A DNA stretch of 64,000 nt from an uncultured Acidobacteriota bacterium (GTDB lineage: Bacteria > Acidobacteriota > Vicinamibacteria > Vicinamibacterales > SCN-69-37): contig CAWBZK010000007.1 in the NCBI GenBank assembly GCA_963793255.1, forward strand, positions 42,609 through 106,608. The letters run 5' to 3'. Position numbers and translations under genes: made by a program. Shown here one piece after another: positions 31,485-43,431 of the stretch; positions within the stretch are counted from its first letter, which is position 1; each line of letters opens with the position of its first letter. Under the pieces are notes generated by a model, which was not told the DNA's origin, made no database searches, and saw only the letters and a list, made by a program, of their open reading frames with translations.

Positions 31485-34400
31485 TCAATGCACGTACCGG
31501 ATGCGGAAGTCGAGTGCGAACGTGCGGTTCTCGTTGCGCGAGAGGATCCACGACACGCGGTCGTTCTGGTCGTACTCGAGGAGGATGACCTCGTCCTGGG
31601 TGGCCGAGGTGCCGAGCGTCCGCGAATAGGTCAGGAACACCCGCGGCGAGATGCGCTTGCCGAGCGTAATGCGCGCGCTCGGGTTGAGCTGCTGGAACGC
31701 CACCTCGCCAGTCAAGCAGCGGCGTGATCTGCACGACGTCCAGCGCGCCGGTGCGTTCGAACACTTCGCCGACGCGCGATGAGATTGGGCTCGCGAGCAG
31801 CAGCGCGGCCGTCGTCTGCATCATGCGCTGCTGAGACTCCTGCGGCGACGAGAATCTGCCGCTGATCGGCCGTGTCGAGGTTCGGCCGTGCCACCGGCGA
31901 GCAGCGAGATGATGTCCGTCGTGGGAAGCGGCGGATCGGACGTGAACGTCGGGCGTAAGCGCCGAGGGCGGGCCGGTGATCCGAATGCCGATGTCCACGG
32001 TCTGTCCGGGAGTCCGCACTCGCGTATCGGCATTGAAGTCGAAGTACGGGTTCGACCCGGTCGGTGCTTCTGAAATCGATGGAACTCTCGCGGATGAACA
32101 ACCGATTGCCGGCAAATTGCCAGTGGCCGCTCTCGATGTCGATCGAGCCGTTCATGATCGGCCGGTCGAACGTCCCGGTGATGCGCAGGTCCGCCGACGC
32201 CTTCGATGCGGGCGTACCGCGTATCGACGAACGCCATCCGCGGCGACGTCACCTCGATGTCGAGCGCGACGGCGCCAGTCGTGCTCGGCGCGGATGGCCC
32301 GAGCGAGGTCGGGGTGGTGAGGCCGACGCCGGTGGTGCCGGCCGTCGCGAGACCGAGCAGGCCGGCGTCGCCGCCGCCGCCCGTCAGGGCCATGCGCAGC
32401 ACGTCAACGTTGCCGATCAGCCGAGGCGTCGTCAGCGGACCGACGAGCCGGAGATCCATGTCGACCGTCGAATTGAACCCTGATGGATAGCGAAGGCGCA
32501 GCGAGCGGCCCACGGCGGTGAGGTTGTACTCGGTGAGCCGATAGCCCTCACGCAGGATCGAGCCGCCGAAGACGACGTCTCCGCCGGCGACGCGACCGGT
32601 CACGCCGCTCAGATTCACGCCCGTCTTCGTCGAACACGAAGCGCCCGTTGACTCCTTCGAGTCCGTGCACCGACGTCGGCGGGCGCAGGCGGCCGTCGGT
32701 CACGGCCGCTTCTCCGGTCAGGCTCGGGGCATCGAAGGAGCCGACCAGGCTGGCATTCAAGGTCGCTGATCCCGACGTCGTGATCGTGGGAAATGCAAGC
32801 TTGAGGATCGACAAGCTCGCGCCGCCCTTGGCGGACAAGTTCCACATCCGGCGGCCTGCATCGGCGCCTCCGGAGAGCTCGAGGTTGGTGTCCGCGCCCG
32901 TCAGCTTCAACTGCCCGATGCGGAATGCGTCGTTCCTGAAGCTCACGTTCACCGGGCCGTCGTTCTTCAGGTCGTAGTCGAACATCGTCAGCGTCGCGTC
33001 GTCGATCACCGCGGCGACGGCGAGCTCGTGCGGCATCTTCAACGGACCGGCGACGTCGAGCTGAGCCGCCGAGGATGAACCGGTTGAACGCCGCCGGTGC
33101 CTGAGCGACGAACCGCAGGTAGGGATCGAGCGAGCTGTCCACGAAGTTGAAGTGCAGCTCACTGTCGTAGCGATCGTTCAGGGCGATCTCGCCTCGGCCT
33201 TCGACGTGGAGGAGCGGAGAGTCGGCGAACATTCGCGGGATGACCAACCGGTTCCCGTTCACGCTGATCCGGCCATCGACATAGCCGATGCCCTGGTCGG
33301 CCACGAAGAAGTCCTGCGCCCACCCGTGGAATTCGTAGGACGGACTCGCAAACGCGCCGCGGCCCTCCGCCTCGAAACGCAGACCGCCCGAGGCCGGCGC
33401 CTGCGGAAGCCGGAACGCCTCGAGCGACTCGATCGGCAGGACCTCCCCGCTGAGGTTGTCCACGTCGAAGTTGTAGGTGCCGTCCCACCCCACGCGCACG
33501 TCGCCGCGCACGGCGCTGCCGGCTTTCATCAACTCGAAACGATGAATGCGCAGGCCCGAGCCTTCCAGCTCGATGTCGCCGGTCGCCGTCTCGAACGTCT
33601 CGCCCCACGCGATGCCCTGATCGAGGCGTACGTTCCCGGTGCCAAACATCGCCCGGTACTGGCCCTTCAGTGCCAGCGTCGTTTCGCCGATGGTCCCGTC
33701 CACGCGCCAATCATCCAGGCCGAAGGCGTGCCGCAGGTCCTGCCATCGGCCAGTGGGTCAGCGTGACGCGCGCATCGATCTCCTGAGCGCCGTCACGTCG
33801 GAATCCCAGCGCGAACCGTCCGTCGGCCGTGATGAACGCGTCGGGGCCATCGCCGAAGCGCCCGTTCGAGATATCGACGTAGCCGCCGGCAATCACCGCG
33901 TCAGCGACGCCGCGGCCCCAGGTCACGTCCCAGACGCGGGTGTTCTCGCCGGTGAATCGGCCCGCGATGCGTGGGGCCGAGAACGTCCCGGTCATCACGC
34001 CATCGAACGTGCCGCGGCCTCCGACTTCGATCGCGCGCGTCTGCCCGGCCACGGCCGTCATGATTCGCGCAAGGAGCCGGTCGCTCTCCTGCCAGTCATG
34101 GCTCGTCACGTGGAACGGAAACTCGGACGCGCCCGACGAGGCGAGCCGGCCGCCGAACGCGACGTACGTGTGAGGCGTGGCGGCCCAACTGTCGCTGAAC
34201 AGCCATCCTTCCGGATCGATCTCGTAGTCCACGTCGGCGGCCAGCGCGATGGGGCCGAGCGGCCGGTTGGAAACAAACGGGCGCGGTTCGTCGGCCGGCG
34301 GTTTCGGTACGGCCGGGAGGTCCATCGGCGCGACGTCCGTGCCCGCAGGCGGCGTCACGAGCGTGTGTCCCTTCCCGTTTCGGCCGCTGCGAAACCTGCC

Positions 34401-35640
34401 GGACGGCCAGTCGAGCGCGATGGTGCCGGTGGCGCGGCCCGTCATGGCCAGGCTCTCGACGTTCATGAACTGTCCGATGCCCGCGAGGTCCAGATCGGTG
34501 TAGTCGGCGTTGAACGTCTGCGTGGATCCACCGGGCGTGCCGAGGGGCGCGATGGCATAGCCGAAGCGCGTGCGTCCACCGAGCATGTCGGCGTCCGCGT
34601 GTGTGACGGCGAAGCGATCGGGCGTCCAGATCAGCGAACCGTGGAGCTCGCTCGAACGCCAGGTCGTTGACGACCGCGCGTGTGCTGTTGAATTCGCCGG
34701 CGAGCTCGCGGCCGTTCTTGAAGAGATGGAAAACGCCCGTGAACTGTCCTTCGCCGTCGAGGCGCCAGGCTTCGTTGGCGAAGAAGATCTCGCGCATCCG
34801 CTGGAAGTCGACCGTCGAGTTGACGTTGTAGGTCTGCTCGGGCCAGTTCGCAAAATCAACCGACCCGTTGACGTGCGACACCGCGCCATCCGTCGTGAGA
34901 TCGATGTGCCGCAGCAGTACGCGCGGCCCGTCGAGCGCGAACCGGGTCGACATCGCGGCCGCCATCGGCTTGAACTGCTGGATCTGGACGGTCCCGCCCG
35001 AGAACTCGGCGCGGCCGACATAGGCGCGAAGGTTCTCCGCGCGCGCGAGAGAGAACTGGAGGTTCGGCGCGTTCACACTCCACGGCGTGCTGTGATCGTT
35101 GTAGACGAACGCTCCGCGATTCGCGTAGACCGACCGGACGGTGGTGGTGAATGCGCATGCGGCGGCCGCCGCCCGGACGATCGGGGCGTCAACCTGCGGA
35201 ATGTTGTGTCCATCACGCCAGGTCTCGACGACCATGCGCCAGTCGGTGAGCCCAAGCTCGACGTGCAGCTGGTTCTGAAACAGCGTCCACCACGGGACGT
35301 ACACGTAGATCCGGCCCGCCGTGAAGAACGGCTGGTCACCGGGTTTCCGGCCTTCGATCACGACCTGGTCGAGCGCAAATAGCCCGGGCGTGATCAGCGC
35401 CGACAGGCGTCCGATGTGCATCGGCCGGCCGAGGTAGTTCGAGGCTGCGCGCTCGGCGCCCGCTTTGAGTTGCGGGAACCGACCGAGATCGACGGAGAAC
35501 ACGAGGATGAGCGACGCCGCCACGACTGCGGCGATCGCCGCAAGCACCCAACGCATCAGCCGGGTGGCCCCGCGCCAGACCCGTGCCCGGAGGGAACCGG
35601 CCGGGACCTCCACGGCGGCCGGTGAGACGTCTTCACTCAC
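31485..35640 (-). CDS. tamB: Translocation/assembly module TamB (AsmA-like, DUF490) (multiple frameshifts)
   Basis: N-terminal TM and long beta-rich body; C-terminal NPSARITLGKRIS..TYSR..LEYDQ..FALDFRIRYVH. Confidence 0.82.
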
Positions 35641-35673
35641 GGGACCAGCTTACCGCACGGTAATGCGGCACTT

Positions 35674-37168
35674 TCAGGCCGCGACCCCGGCCATGAGCCG
35701 CATGACCACGTCGGGGGACGCCTCGGACCGCGCGACCTCGCCTGCGATGCGCCCCTCGCGGAACACGAGAATCCGGCTCGACAGGTTCAGCACTTCAGGC
35801 ATCTCACTCGAGATCAGAATGATGGCGGTTCCGGCCATGGCGAGCTCGTCGATGAGCGCGTGAATCTCTGCCTTGGCGCCGACGTCCACGCCGCGGGTCG
35901 GCTCGTCCACGATCAGGACCGGACATCGGGCCGCCAGCCACTTCATGAGGACGACTTTTTGTTGATTGCCACCGGAGAGCGCGGCGACTGGAGCGCCCAA
36001 CTGGTCCGGCGCGGATTCCCAGCCGGTCCACGTAGGGCGCAATCGCGCGTGCCTCGGCCGCGGTCGTCAGCAAACCGCGCCGCGTCAGCTGTCCGAGCAC
36101 GGCCAGCGCGCCATTCGCCCGGCCGCTCATCGAGAGCACCAATCCCTGTCGCTTGCGATCCTCCGGCACGAGACCGATGCCGTGCCGAATCGCGTCGCGA
36201 GGGCTTGCGGGATCGATCAGCGTGCCTCTCAGACGGACGTGGCCGGCCGATCGCGGATCGATACCGAAGATCGCTCGTGCTACTTCGGATCGGCCCGATC
36301 CGACGAGGCCCGCGAAGACCGAGGATCTCGCCGGCATGCACGCGAAACGACACGTCCTGGAATCCCGCGGAGCCGGAGAGCCCTTCGACCGCCAGCACCT
36401 CCTCACCGCGAGCGGGACGCGGCGTGTTTTGGAAAGTACTGATCGATGCGGCGGCCGATCATCAGTTGAATGAGCGTCGGCCTCGTCGAGGCTGGACGTT
36501 GGCCGGGTCGCGACGTGCCGGCCGTCCCGCAGCACCGTCACCGCATCAGACAGCCTGAAGATCTCCTCCATGCGGTGGCTGACATAGATGCAGGTGACGC
36601 CACGCTCACGAAGGCGACCTAACACCGCGAACAGCCGCTCGGCTTCGAGCTGCGACAGGCTGCTCGTCGGTTCATCGAAGATGACGATGTGCGCGCCGCG
36701 GCCAAGAGCCGCGGCGATCTGCACCATCTGCTGCTGCCCGGTCGTCAGGTCACCCACGAGACGATCGACGTCCAGGTCCGCGTCGATCGCCGCGAGCATG
36801 GTGCGTGCCTGATCGCGCATGCGCGACTGGGACACGAAGCCCGCGCGGCCCGGCACGCGACCGAGCGTCAGGTTCTCGGCGATGGACAGGTTCTCGCAGA
36901 ACGCGAGCTCCTGGTGCACCATCGCGACGCCGGCCCGAAGGGCCTGGGTTGGCTTCGTGAATCGAACGGGCGCGCCGTCGAGCAGCAGCGGCCCCTCGTC
37001 GGGCTGGACGATGCCGGCGAGCACTTTGCCGAGCGTGCTCTTGCCGGCGCCGTTCTCGCCGCAGAGCGCGTGGCAGGTGCCGGCCGCGATCTCCACGGTG
37101 ACGTCCTCGAGCGCGACGGCGCCCGGGAACCGCTTGGTGATGTTGTGAAATTCGACAGCCGAAGTCAT
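35674..37168 (-). CDS. Sugar ABC transporter ATP-binding protein (RbsA/MglA-like; frameshifted)
   Basis: [58 protein letters not shown]. Confidence 0.9.
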
Positions 37169-37171
37169 CGA

Positions 37172-37263
37172 CAAGTCAGAAGGCAGAAGTGAGAAGTCAG
37201 AGACATTCGGGTTCGGGAATGACTGGTGGTCATTCTGACTTCTGACTTCTCACTTCGAACTTG
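37172..37263. repeat. Inverted repeat built from AGAAGTC-type heptamers (family B, copy 2)
   Basis: CAAGTCAGAAGGCAGAAGTGAGAAGTCAGA ... TCTGACTTCTGACTTCTCACTTCGAACTTG. Confidence 0.85.
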
Positions 37264-38278
37264 GCATCTTCAGGTATGTATCCGGTACATCCGTGAATCC
37301 CCAGGCTTGGAGCTGTCGTGCCCATTCGCCGAGGTTGTCGCGCGTCACCCGGACGAGGTCCATCGGGATGATGGCGGGCACTTCCTTCTTCAGCTGAATC
37401 TTGTCGAAGATCCGCTGCACCGACACGTAACCCCAGAGGTAGGTCGGCTGCGCGAGGAGCACGGGCGCCAGACCACGTTCCACGTAGGCGAGCTCGGCCG
37501 GTAACGCGTCCACGGCGACGATCTTCACCTTCTTGGGATCGAGGTCGCTGAGGAGGGTCTGCGTGAAGAGCGGCCAGCCGCCGATCATGGCCCACCCCTG
37601 AATCTGCGGGTACGCGTTCTGGACGCGGATGACCTCCGCCGCGGCGTCCTGCGGCGTCTCGACATGGTAGAAGGTGTCGACGATCTTCATGTTCGGGTAC
37701 TTCGCGGCGGCCTGCTTCACGCCGTCGACGCGCTTCCTGAGGTTCGGCGCGTTCTGGTTGCCGGCGAGAATTGCCACGGCGCCCCGTTCGTTCATCTGCT
37801 TCGCCAGTTCGTCCATCACCGCGACGCCCGTCTTGACGTCGTCGACGCCGTAGAAGGCGAAGCGTCGGGATTCCGGGGCGTCGCTGTCGAACGTCATGAC
37901 CTCGACTCCGCGAGCGACGGCGTCGTTGATGGCGCCGGTCACCTTGCCCGCGTCGGAGCAGGAAATCAGGACCGCCGACGCGCCTTCGTTGACCGCTTGC
38001 GCGATTCGCTGCGCCTGCACCTGTCCGTCCTCGGTGGGCGGTGTCATCCAGGCGATCTCCACCGGGACGCCGTGGGCGGTGGACAACTCCTTTGCGGCGG
38101 CCTCGGCCCCGGTGCGCGCGGACAGGAACACGGGGTTCGTCGAGCTCTTGGCGATCACGGCGATTTTCAGGCCACGGGGTTTGGCCGCGCCGCCGCCATT
38201 CTCGGGTGCGGGCGATCCGCATGCCGCGGCCAAAGCGGCAAGCGCGGCGAACGTCAGCGTGGATTTCATGATCTGCAT
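37250..38278 (-). CDS. Sugar ABC transporter substrate-binding lipoprotein (RbsB-like)
   Basis: Lipobox LAAAC; KSSTNPVF, TFDSDAP; SD AGGAG upstream. Confidence 0.88.
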   Translation of the reverse strand: MQIMKSTLTFAALAALAAACGSPAPENGGGAAKPRGLKIAVIAKSSTNPVFLSARTGAEAAAKELSTAHGVPVEIAWMTPPTEDGQVQAQRIAQAVNEGASAVLISCSDAGKVTGAINDAVARGVEVMTFDSDAPESRRFAFYGVDDVKTGVAVMDELAKQMNERGAVAILAGNQNAPNLRKRVDGVKQAAAKYPNMKIVDTFYHVETPQDAAAEVIRVQNAYPQIQGWAMIGGWPLFTQTLLSDLDPKKVKIVAVDALPAELAYVERGLAPVLLAQPTYLWGYVSVQRIFDKIQLKKEVPAIIPMDLVRVTRDNLGEWARQLQAWGFTDVPDTYLKMPSSK

Positions 38279-38291
38279 CGTGGTCTCCTGA

Positions 38292-39329
38292 TCAATTCGC
38301 GGATCGCCTCGCGCCGGCGGCCAGCCGGCGTTCGGCGAATCGTGTGCTCGCCTGGTCGAGAACGACCGCGATGATAATCGCGCAGCCGATCACGATCCAT
38401 TCGTAATTCTGGTCGAAGTGCAGCGTGCGGATGGACTGGCGAATGAGCACGATCAGCACCGCGCCGAGGAGTGCGCTGATGGCGCTGCCCTTCCCGCCCG
38501 ACAGGCTCGCGCCGCCGACGACCGCCGAAGCGATGACATAGAGCTCATAGCCGGTCGCATCCGCGCAGGACGCGGATCCGTAGAAACTGGCGCCCATGAA
38601 GGCCGCGAGACCCGCCGTGAGCCCCGAAATGAGATAGACGACGACCTTCACACGCCCGATGGGGACGCCGGAGAACCGGCTCGCCTCGGCGTTGCCTCCG
38701 ACGGCGAACACATGGCGACCGCCGATGGTGCGCATCAGGAACACGCTGCCGACGAGGCCGGCTGCCAGCATCACGAGCATCGGCACCGGATACAGCGCGT
38801 CGCCCAGGCCGAGCGACGCCTTCGCGACTCCCGTCAGCGCCGGTGGCAGCAGGATGCTCTCGGCGCCGCTCGACACGAACGCGATGCCGCGTACGATCCA
38901 CATCGTGCCGAGCGTGATGATGAACGGATGCACGCCGAGCCCGACGACGAGCAGGCCGTTGATCGCGCCGGCTGCGATACCGAGACCGATCGAGACCGCC
39001 AGTCCGATGCCGATGACCGCGAACGACGACTCGGGCGCAAGGCTGCGCAGCACCATCGCCGTCGCCACTCCGGCGAGCGCGTAGACCGATCCGACCGACA
39101 GGTCGATGCCGCCCGAGACGATCACGACCGTCGCGCCGACGGCCATGATGGCGAAGAAGCTCGCGTCCGTCGCGGTCTGGACGAGCGTGTACCAGTTCAG
39201 GAAATTGTTGACGACCAGTCCAGACCGCGGGTCCACATGCGATCCCGCGCTGAGCGTCAGCACGGTGCCAAGCGCGAGGATCACGAGCACGAGGCCGGCC
39301 TGTGGCGACGCGAGGACTCGTTGCAGCAT
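38292..39329 (-). CDS. Sugar ABC transporter permease (RbsC-like)
   Basis: GGIDLSVGS, HPFIITLGTM, GGNAEASRFSG, YELYVIASAVVGGASLSGGKG. Confidence 0.9.
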   Translation of the reverse strand: MLQRVLASPQAGLVLVILALGTVLTLSAGSHVDPRSGLVVNNFLNWYTLVQTATDASFFAIMAVGATVVIVSGGIDLSVGSVYALAGVATAMVLRSLAPESSFAVIGIGLAVSIGLGIAAGAINGLLVVGLGVHPFIITLGTMWIVRGIAFVSSGAESILLPPALTGVAKASLGLGDALYPVPMLVMLAAGLVGSVFLMRTIGGRHVFAVGGNAEASRFSGVPIGRVKVVVYLISGLTAGLAAFMGASFYGSASCADATGYELYVIASAVVGGASLSGGKGSAISALLGAVLIVLIRQSIRTLHFDQNYEWIVIGCAIIIAVVLDQASTRFAERRLAAGARRSAN

Positions 39330-39366
39330 CTCGGAGTTGGGAGCTTATGCGAGAAACGGTCAGCCC

Positions 39367-39470
39367 AGCGAACGAGCGGAAGCGAGTGAGCCGCGCGAAC
39401 GGCGCGGGGCTCAGGGGGCCCCGCCAGTGAGCGCGAATGGGGGTCCGCGCGGGGCGAAGCCCCCGGGCTA
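39367..39470. repeat. GC-rich multi-hairpin intergenic element ending in GGGGC-GAA-GCCCC
   Basis: Stems CCGCGC/GCGCGG, GCGGGGC/GCCCCGC and GGGGCGAAGCCCC (39451-39463). Single copy in this window. Confidence 0.55.
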
Positions 39471-39472
39471 GG

Positions 39473-41310
39473 TCAGAGCCGGCAGATCAGCAACTCACGC
39501 TCGTAGATCATCTCGGGCGGCAGATGGTCGTGCACGTCGATGAAGAGCTCTTCGTGCTCGATCACTTCGCGGCGCCACGCCGTCGGATCGACGGCCTGGA
39601 GCGCCTCGAACTGCTCGCGCGAAAACGGCAGGCCCGTCCAGTCGATGTCCTCGAAGCGCGGCATCCAGCCAATGGACGTCTCGCGCGCGAGCGTGCGGCC
39701 ACGCACGCGCCCGACGATCCACTTCAGGATGCGCATGTTCTCCCGGAAGCCCGGCCACAGGAACTTGCCCGTCGGCGTCCTTCCGGAACCAGTTCACATG
39801 GAACACTTTCGGCGTCTCGGACAGGGATCGTTGCATCCGTATCCAGTGCCGGAAGTAGTCGCCCATGTGATATCCGCAGAACGGGAGCATCGCCATCGGG
39901 TCGCGGCGAACGCGGCCGACGGCGCCGGCCGCGGCGGCGGTCGTCTCCGACCCCATGGTCGCGCCCGCGTACACACCCGCCGTCCAGTTGAACGTCTGGT
40001 ACACGAGCGGAATCGTTCCGGCGCGCCGGCCGCCGAAGACGAACGCGCTGATCGGGACGCCATTCGGATCCTCCCAGTGAGGATCGATGATCGGACACTG
40101 GCGCGCCGGCGCCGTGAACCGCGCGTTCGGATGCGCCGCAAGGGCACCGGTCGCCTGGGCGATCTCCGGTGTCCACCGCTGCCCGCGCCAGTCGATCGCC
40201 TCGGCAGGAGGCTCGTCGGTCATGCCCTCCCACCACACACCACCGTCGGCCGTCACCGCCACGTTCGTGAAGATGGTGTTCTTCGCGATCATCGCCATGG
40301 CGTTCGGATTGGTCGCCGCGGAGGTTCCGGGCGCCACGCCGAACACGCCCGCCTCAGGATTGATGGCGTACAGACGGCCCTGCTCGTCCGGCCGAATCCA
40401 GGCGATGTCGTCGCCGACCATCGTGACTTTCCAGTCCTTCAGGGCGTCTGGCGGGATCAGCATCGCCAGGTTCGTCTTGCCGCACGCGCTTGGAAATGCC
40501 GCGGCCAGGTACGTCTTCTCGCCGTGAGGATCCTCGAGTCCCAGGATCAGCATGTGCTCGGCCATCCACTGTTCGTCGCGCGCCATGTTGGACGCGATGC
40601 GGAGGCCGAAGCACTTCTTCCCGAGCAGGGCATTACCCCCATATCCGGATCCGTACGACCAGATCTCGCGCGTTTCGGGAAAGTGGACGATGTATTTTTC
40701 CGGATTGGAGGGCCACGGAACGTCGGCCTGCCCGGGCGCGAGCGGCGCACCCACGCTGTGCAGACACGCCACCACGCGCTTCACGTCGCGGTCGATCTCG
40801 GCGAGCACCGGCCGGCCGATGCGGGCCATGATGCGCATGCTCACGACGACGTACGGTGAATCGGTGAGCTGGACGCCAATCTGCGACATCGGCGATCCGA
40901 CGACGCCCATGCTGTACGCGAGCACGTACATCGTCCGGCCCGCCATCGCGCCGTTGAAGAGGTCCTTCAACTTGCGGCGCATCTCGTACGGGTTGACCCA
41001 GTTGTTGGTCGGTCCCGCGGCGTCTTTCGACAGCGAGCACACGAACGTGCGCTGTTCGACGCGCGCGACATCGCTCGGGTCCGACCGGACCGCGTAGCAA
41101 CCGGGCCAGCGATCTTCGTTCAGTTTCGTGAAGACGCCGTCGCGGACCATCTGGCGCGCAGAGCAGGTCGTACTCTTCTTCAGAACCGTCCACCCAGTGA
41201 ATTGCAGCCGGCCGCATCAGCTCGCGCATCTTGTCCACCCATCGAAGGAGATGGGGATTGGTCGCGAGCGGAACGGCGGGATCGCGGGACAGCGTGGCGA
41301 CGCGGGGCAT
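39473..41310 (-). CDS. pckG: Phosphoenolpyruvate carboxykinase (GTP) (frameshifted)
   Basis: [67 protein letters not shown]. Confidence 0.95.
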
Positions 41311-41327
41311 TGAGGGGAGCTTACTGA

Positions 41328-41384
41328 AAAATGACGTCGGGTGTCTTTTTACGTTGGCCGTAAAGAGACACCCGACGTCATTTT
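41328..41384. repeat. REP-like inverted repeat (family A variant)
   Basis: AAAATGACGTCGGGTGTCTTTTTACG-ttggc-CGTAAAGAGACACCCGACGTCATTTT, one G.T pair. Confidence 0.88.
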
Positions 41385-41386
41385 CG

Positions 41387-41905
41387 TCATTCCAGACGGA
41401 CGAGGAGGCGGCCGGCTTCAACGGACTGGCCCTCGGAGACGAGCACTTCGCTGACACGACCGGCCCTGGGCGCGACGAGCTCGTTCTCCATCTTCATCGC
41501 TTCGATGATGACGAGTCCCTGGCGCGCGGCGACGTCGTCGCCGGGCTTGACGAGGACGCGGACGACGCGTCCGGGCATTGGCGCCGCGACGTGGGACTCA
41601 TTCGCGGACCGGCTGCCATCGAGCGGATCGCCGCGGAACCTCCGGCCGTCGACGCCCACTCTGACATCGAGGTGCGGGAACTGCACGAGCATGTCACCGC
41701 GCGTCTCCTGGGTGACGGCGACATCCAGACTGCGCCGGTCTCCTTCGTACACGATCGACCAGCCGAGATCCGTGCGCCTGGCGTCCACAACGCACGTGAC
41801 ATCGTCGAGCACGACTCGAAATCGACCGCCGGCCTGGTCTGTGGCGCCGGCCGGCTCGACTGTCACCCGTCGCGCACGGCCAGCGACCTCGATTTCAAAG
41901 GTCAT
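41387..41905 (-). CDS. accB: Biotin carboxyl carrier protein of an acyl-CoA carboxylase
   Basis: APMPGRVV..EAMKMENEL; ATGA-coupled to the biotin carboxylase. Confidence 0.88.
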   Translation of the reverse strand: MTFEIEVAGRARRVTVEPAGATDQAGGRFRVVLDDVTCVVDARRTDLGWSIVYEGDRRSLDVAVTQETRGDMLVQFPHLDVRVGVDGRRFRGDPLDGSRSANESHVAAPMPGRVVRVLVKPGDDVAARQGLVIIEAMKMENELVAPRAGRVSEVLVSEGQSVEAGRLLVRLE

Positions 41906-43416
41906 CGCAGGCTGTCCAGCCTCGCTGCGCGCCGCCATGTTCCGCGATCCTCGGCCGACGGTGCGGTGGTCGCGCGATGACTGGCGGACCACGCCGCAAC
42001 CGCCGCGGCCACGACCGCGTCCTGCTCGTCCTGCGAGGAGGGTTCGCGGAATGGCCGTCCCTGGCGCGCGGCCAGCACGCCGTCGAGGTACGTCGTGCTG
42101 AAGGCGGCCTCGGCGAACGCCGGCTGTTCGACCAGCCAACGGAAGAACGGCAGCGTGGTGCTGACCCCGACGACCCGGTACTCATCGAGCGCGCGCCGCA
42201 GTCGCGCAATGGCCGACTCGCGGGTCTCTCCCCAGACGACCAACTTCGCAATCAAGGAGTCGTAGAAGACGGGGATCTCGAACCCGGCGGCGACGCCGCG
42301 GTCGTCCCGCACGGATGGCCCGCCTGGAACCGTTAAAGCCCGCACGAGACCGGGCGCCGGCATGAAGCCACGGTCGGGATCCTCCGCATAGATTCGGCAC
42401 TCGATGGCGTGACCTCGCGGCGTCAGCGCCTGCTCGGCCGGCACCGTCAACCGTTCCCCCAGAGCCACGCGAATCTGCCACACCACGAGATCGACGCCCG
42501 TGACAGCCTCCGTGATCGGGTGCTCGACCTGGAGCCGCGTATTCATCTCGAGGAAGTAGAAACGGCCGCTCGAGTCGAGCAGGAACTCGATCGTCCCCGC
42601 GTTGGTGTAGCCGACGGTCCGGGCGATGGCCGCGGCGGCTTCTGTGAGTTCACGCCGCAGGCGCTCGCCCACGACAGGTGACGGCGACTCTTCGACGACC
42701 TTCTGGTGCCGCCGCTGGATTGAACACTCCCGCTCGACGAACGGCACGACGGTGCCGTGTGCGTCGGCGAGCAGCTGAACCTCGATGTGGCGCGGTGCAT
42801 CGAGACGGCGCTCGAGGTAGATTCCGCCATCCCCGAACGCGGCTGCCGCCTCCGACCGCGCCATTCGCAGCGCGGACGGCAGATCGGCCGGCTTCGAGAC
42901 GGCGCGCATGCCTTTCCCACCGCCGCCGGCCACGGCCTTGACCAGCAGCGGGATACCCGATCTGCTCCGCCGCCGCGATCACAACCTCGTCCGGACGCGT
43001 TGACGCCAAAGGACTGGGCCGTGCCGGGAACGACCGGGACGCCGGCGCGAACGGCCGCCTCGCGCGCGGAGTGCTTGTCGCCCATCAGCCGAATCACGTC
43101 AGGCGATGGGCCCACGAACGTCAGGCCGGCGCGTTGGCACGCGCTGGCGAACGCGGCGTTCTCCGCGAGGAAGCCGTAGCCCGGATGGACGAGCGTCGCG
43201 CCCGACGCGACTGCCGCGGCCACCAGTCGATCGATGCTCAGGTAACTTTCGGCCGCCGGACTCGGCGCCGATGTGGCAGGCCTCGTCGGCGATTCGCACG
43301 TGCAACGCGTCGCGATCGCAATCCGAGTACACGGCGACGGCCCCGAGGCCCATCTCGCGGCACGCGCGGATGATGCGGACGGCAATCTCTCCGCGGTTCG
43401 CGACGAGGAGTTTCAT
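41902..43416 (-). CDS. accC: Biotin carboxylase subunit (frameshifted)
   Basis: [54 protein letters not shown]. Confidence 0.92.
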
Positions 43417-43431
43417 GAGGCCGGCGTCGGC

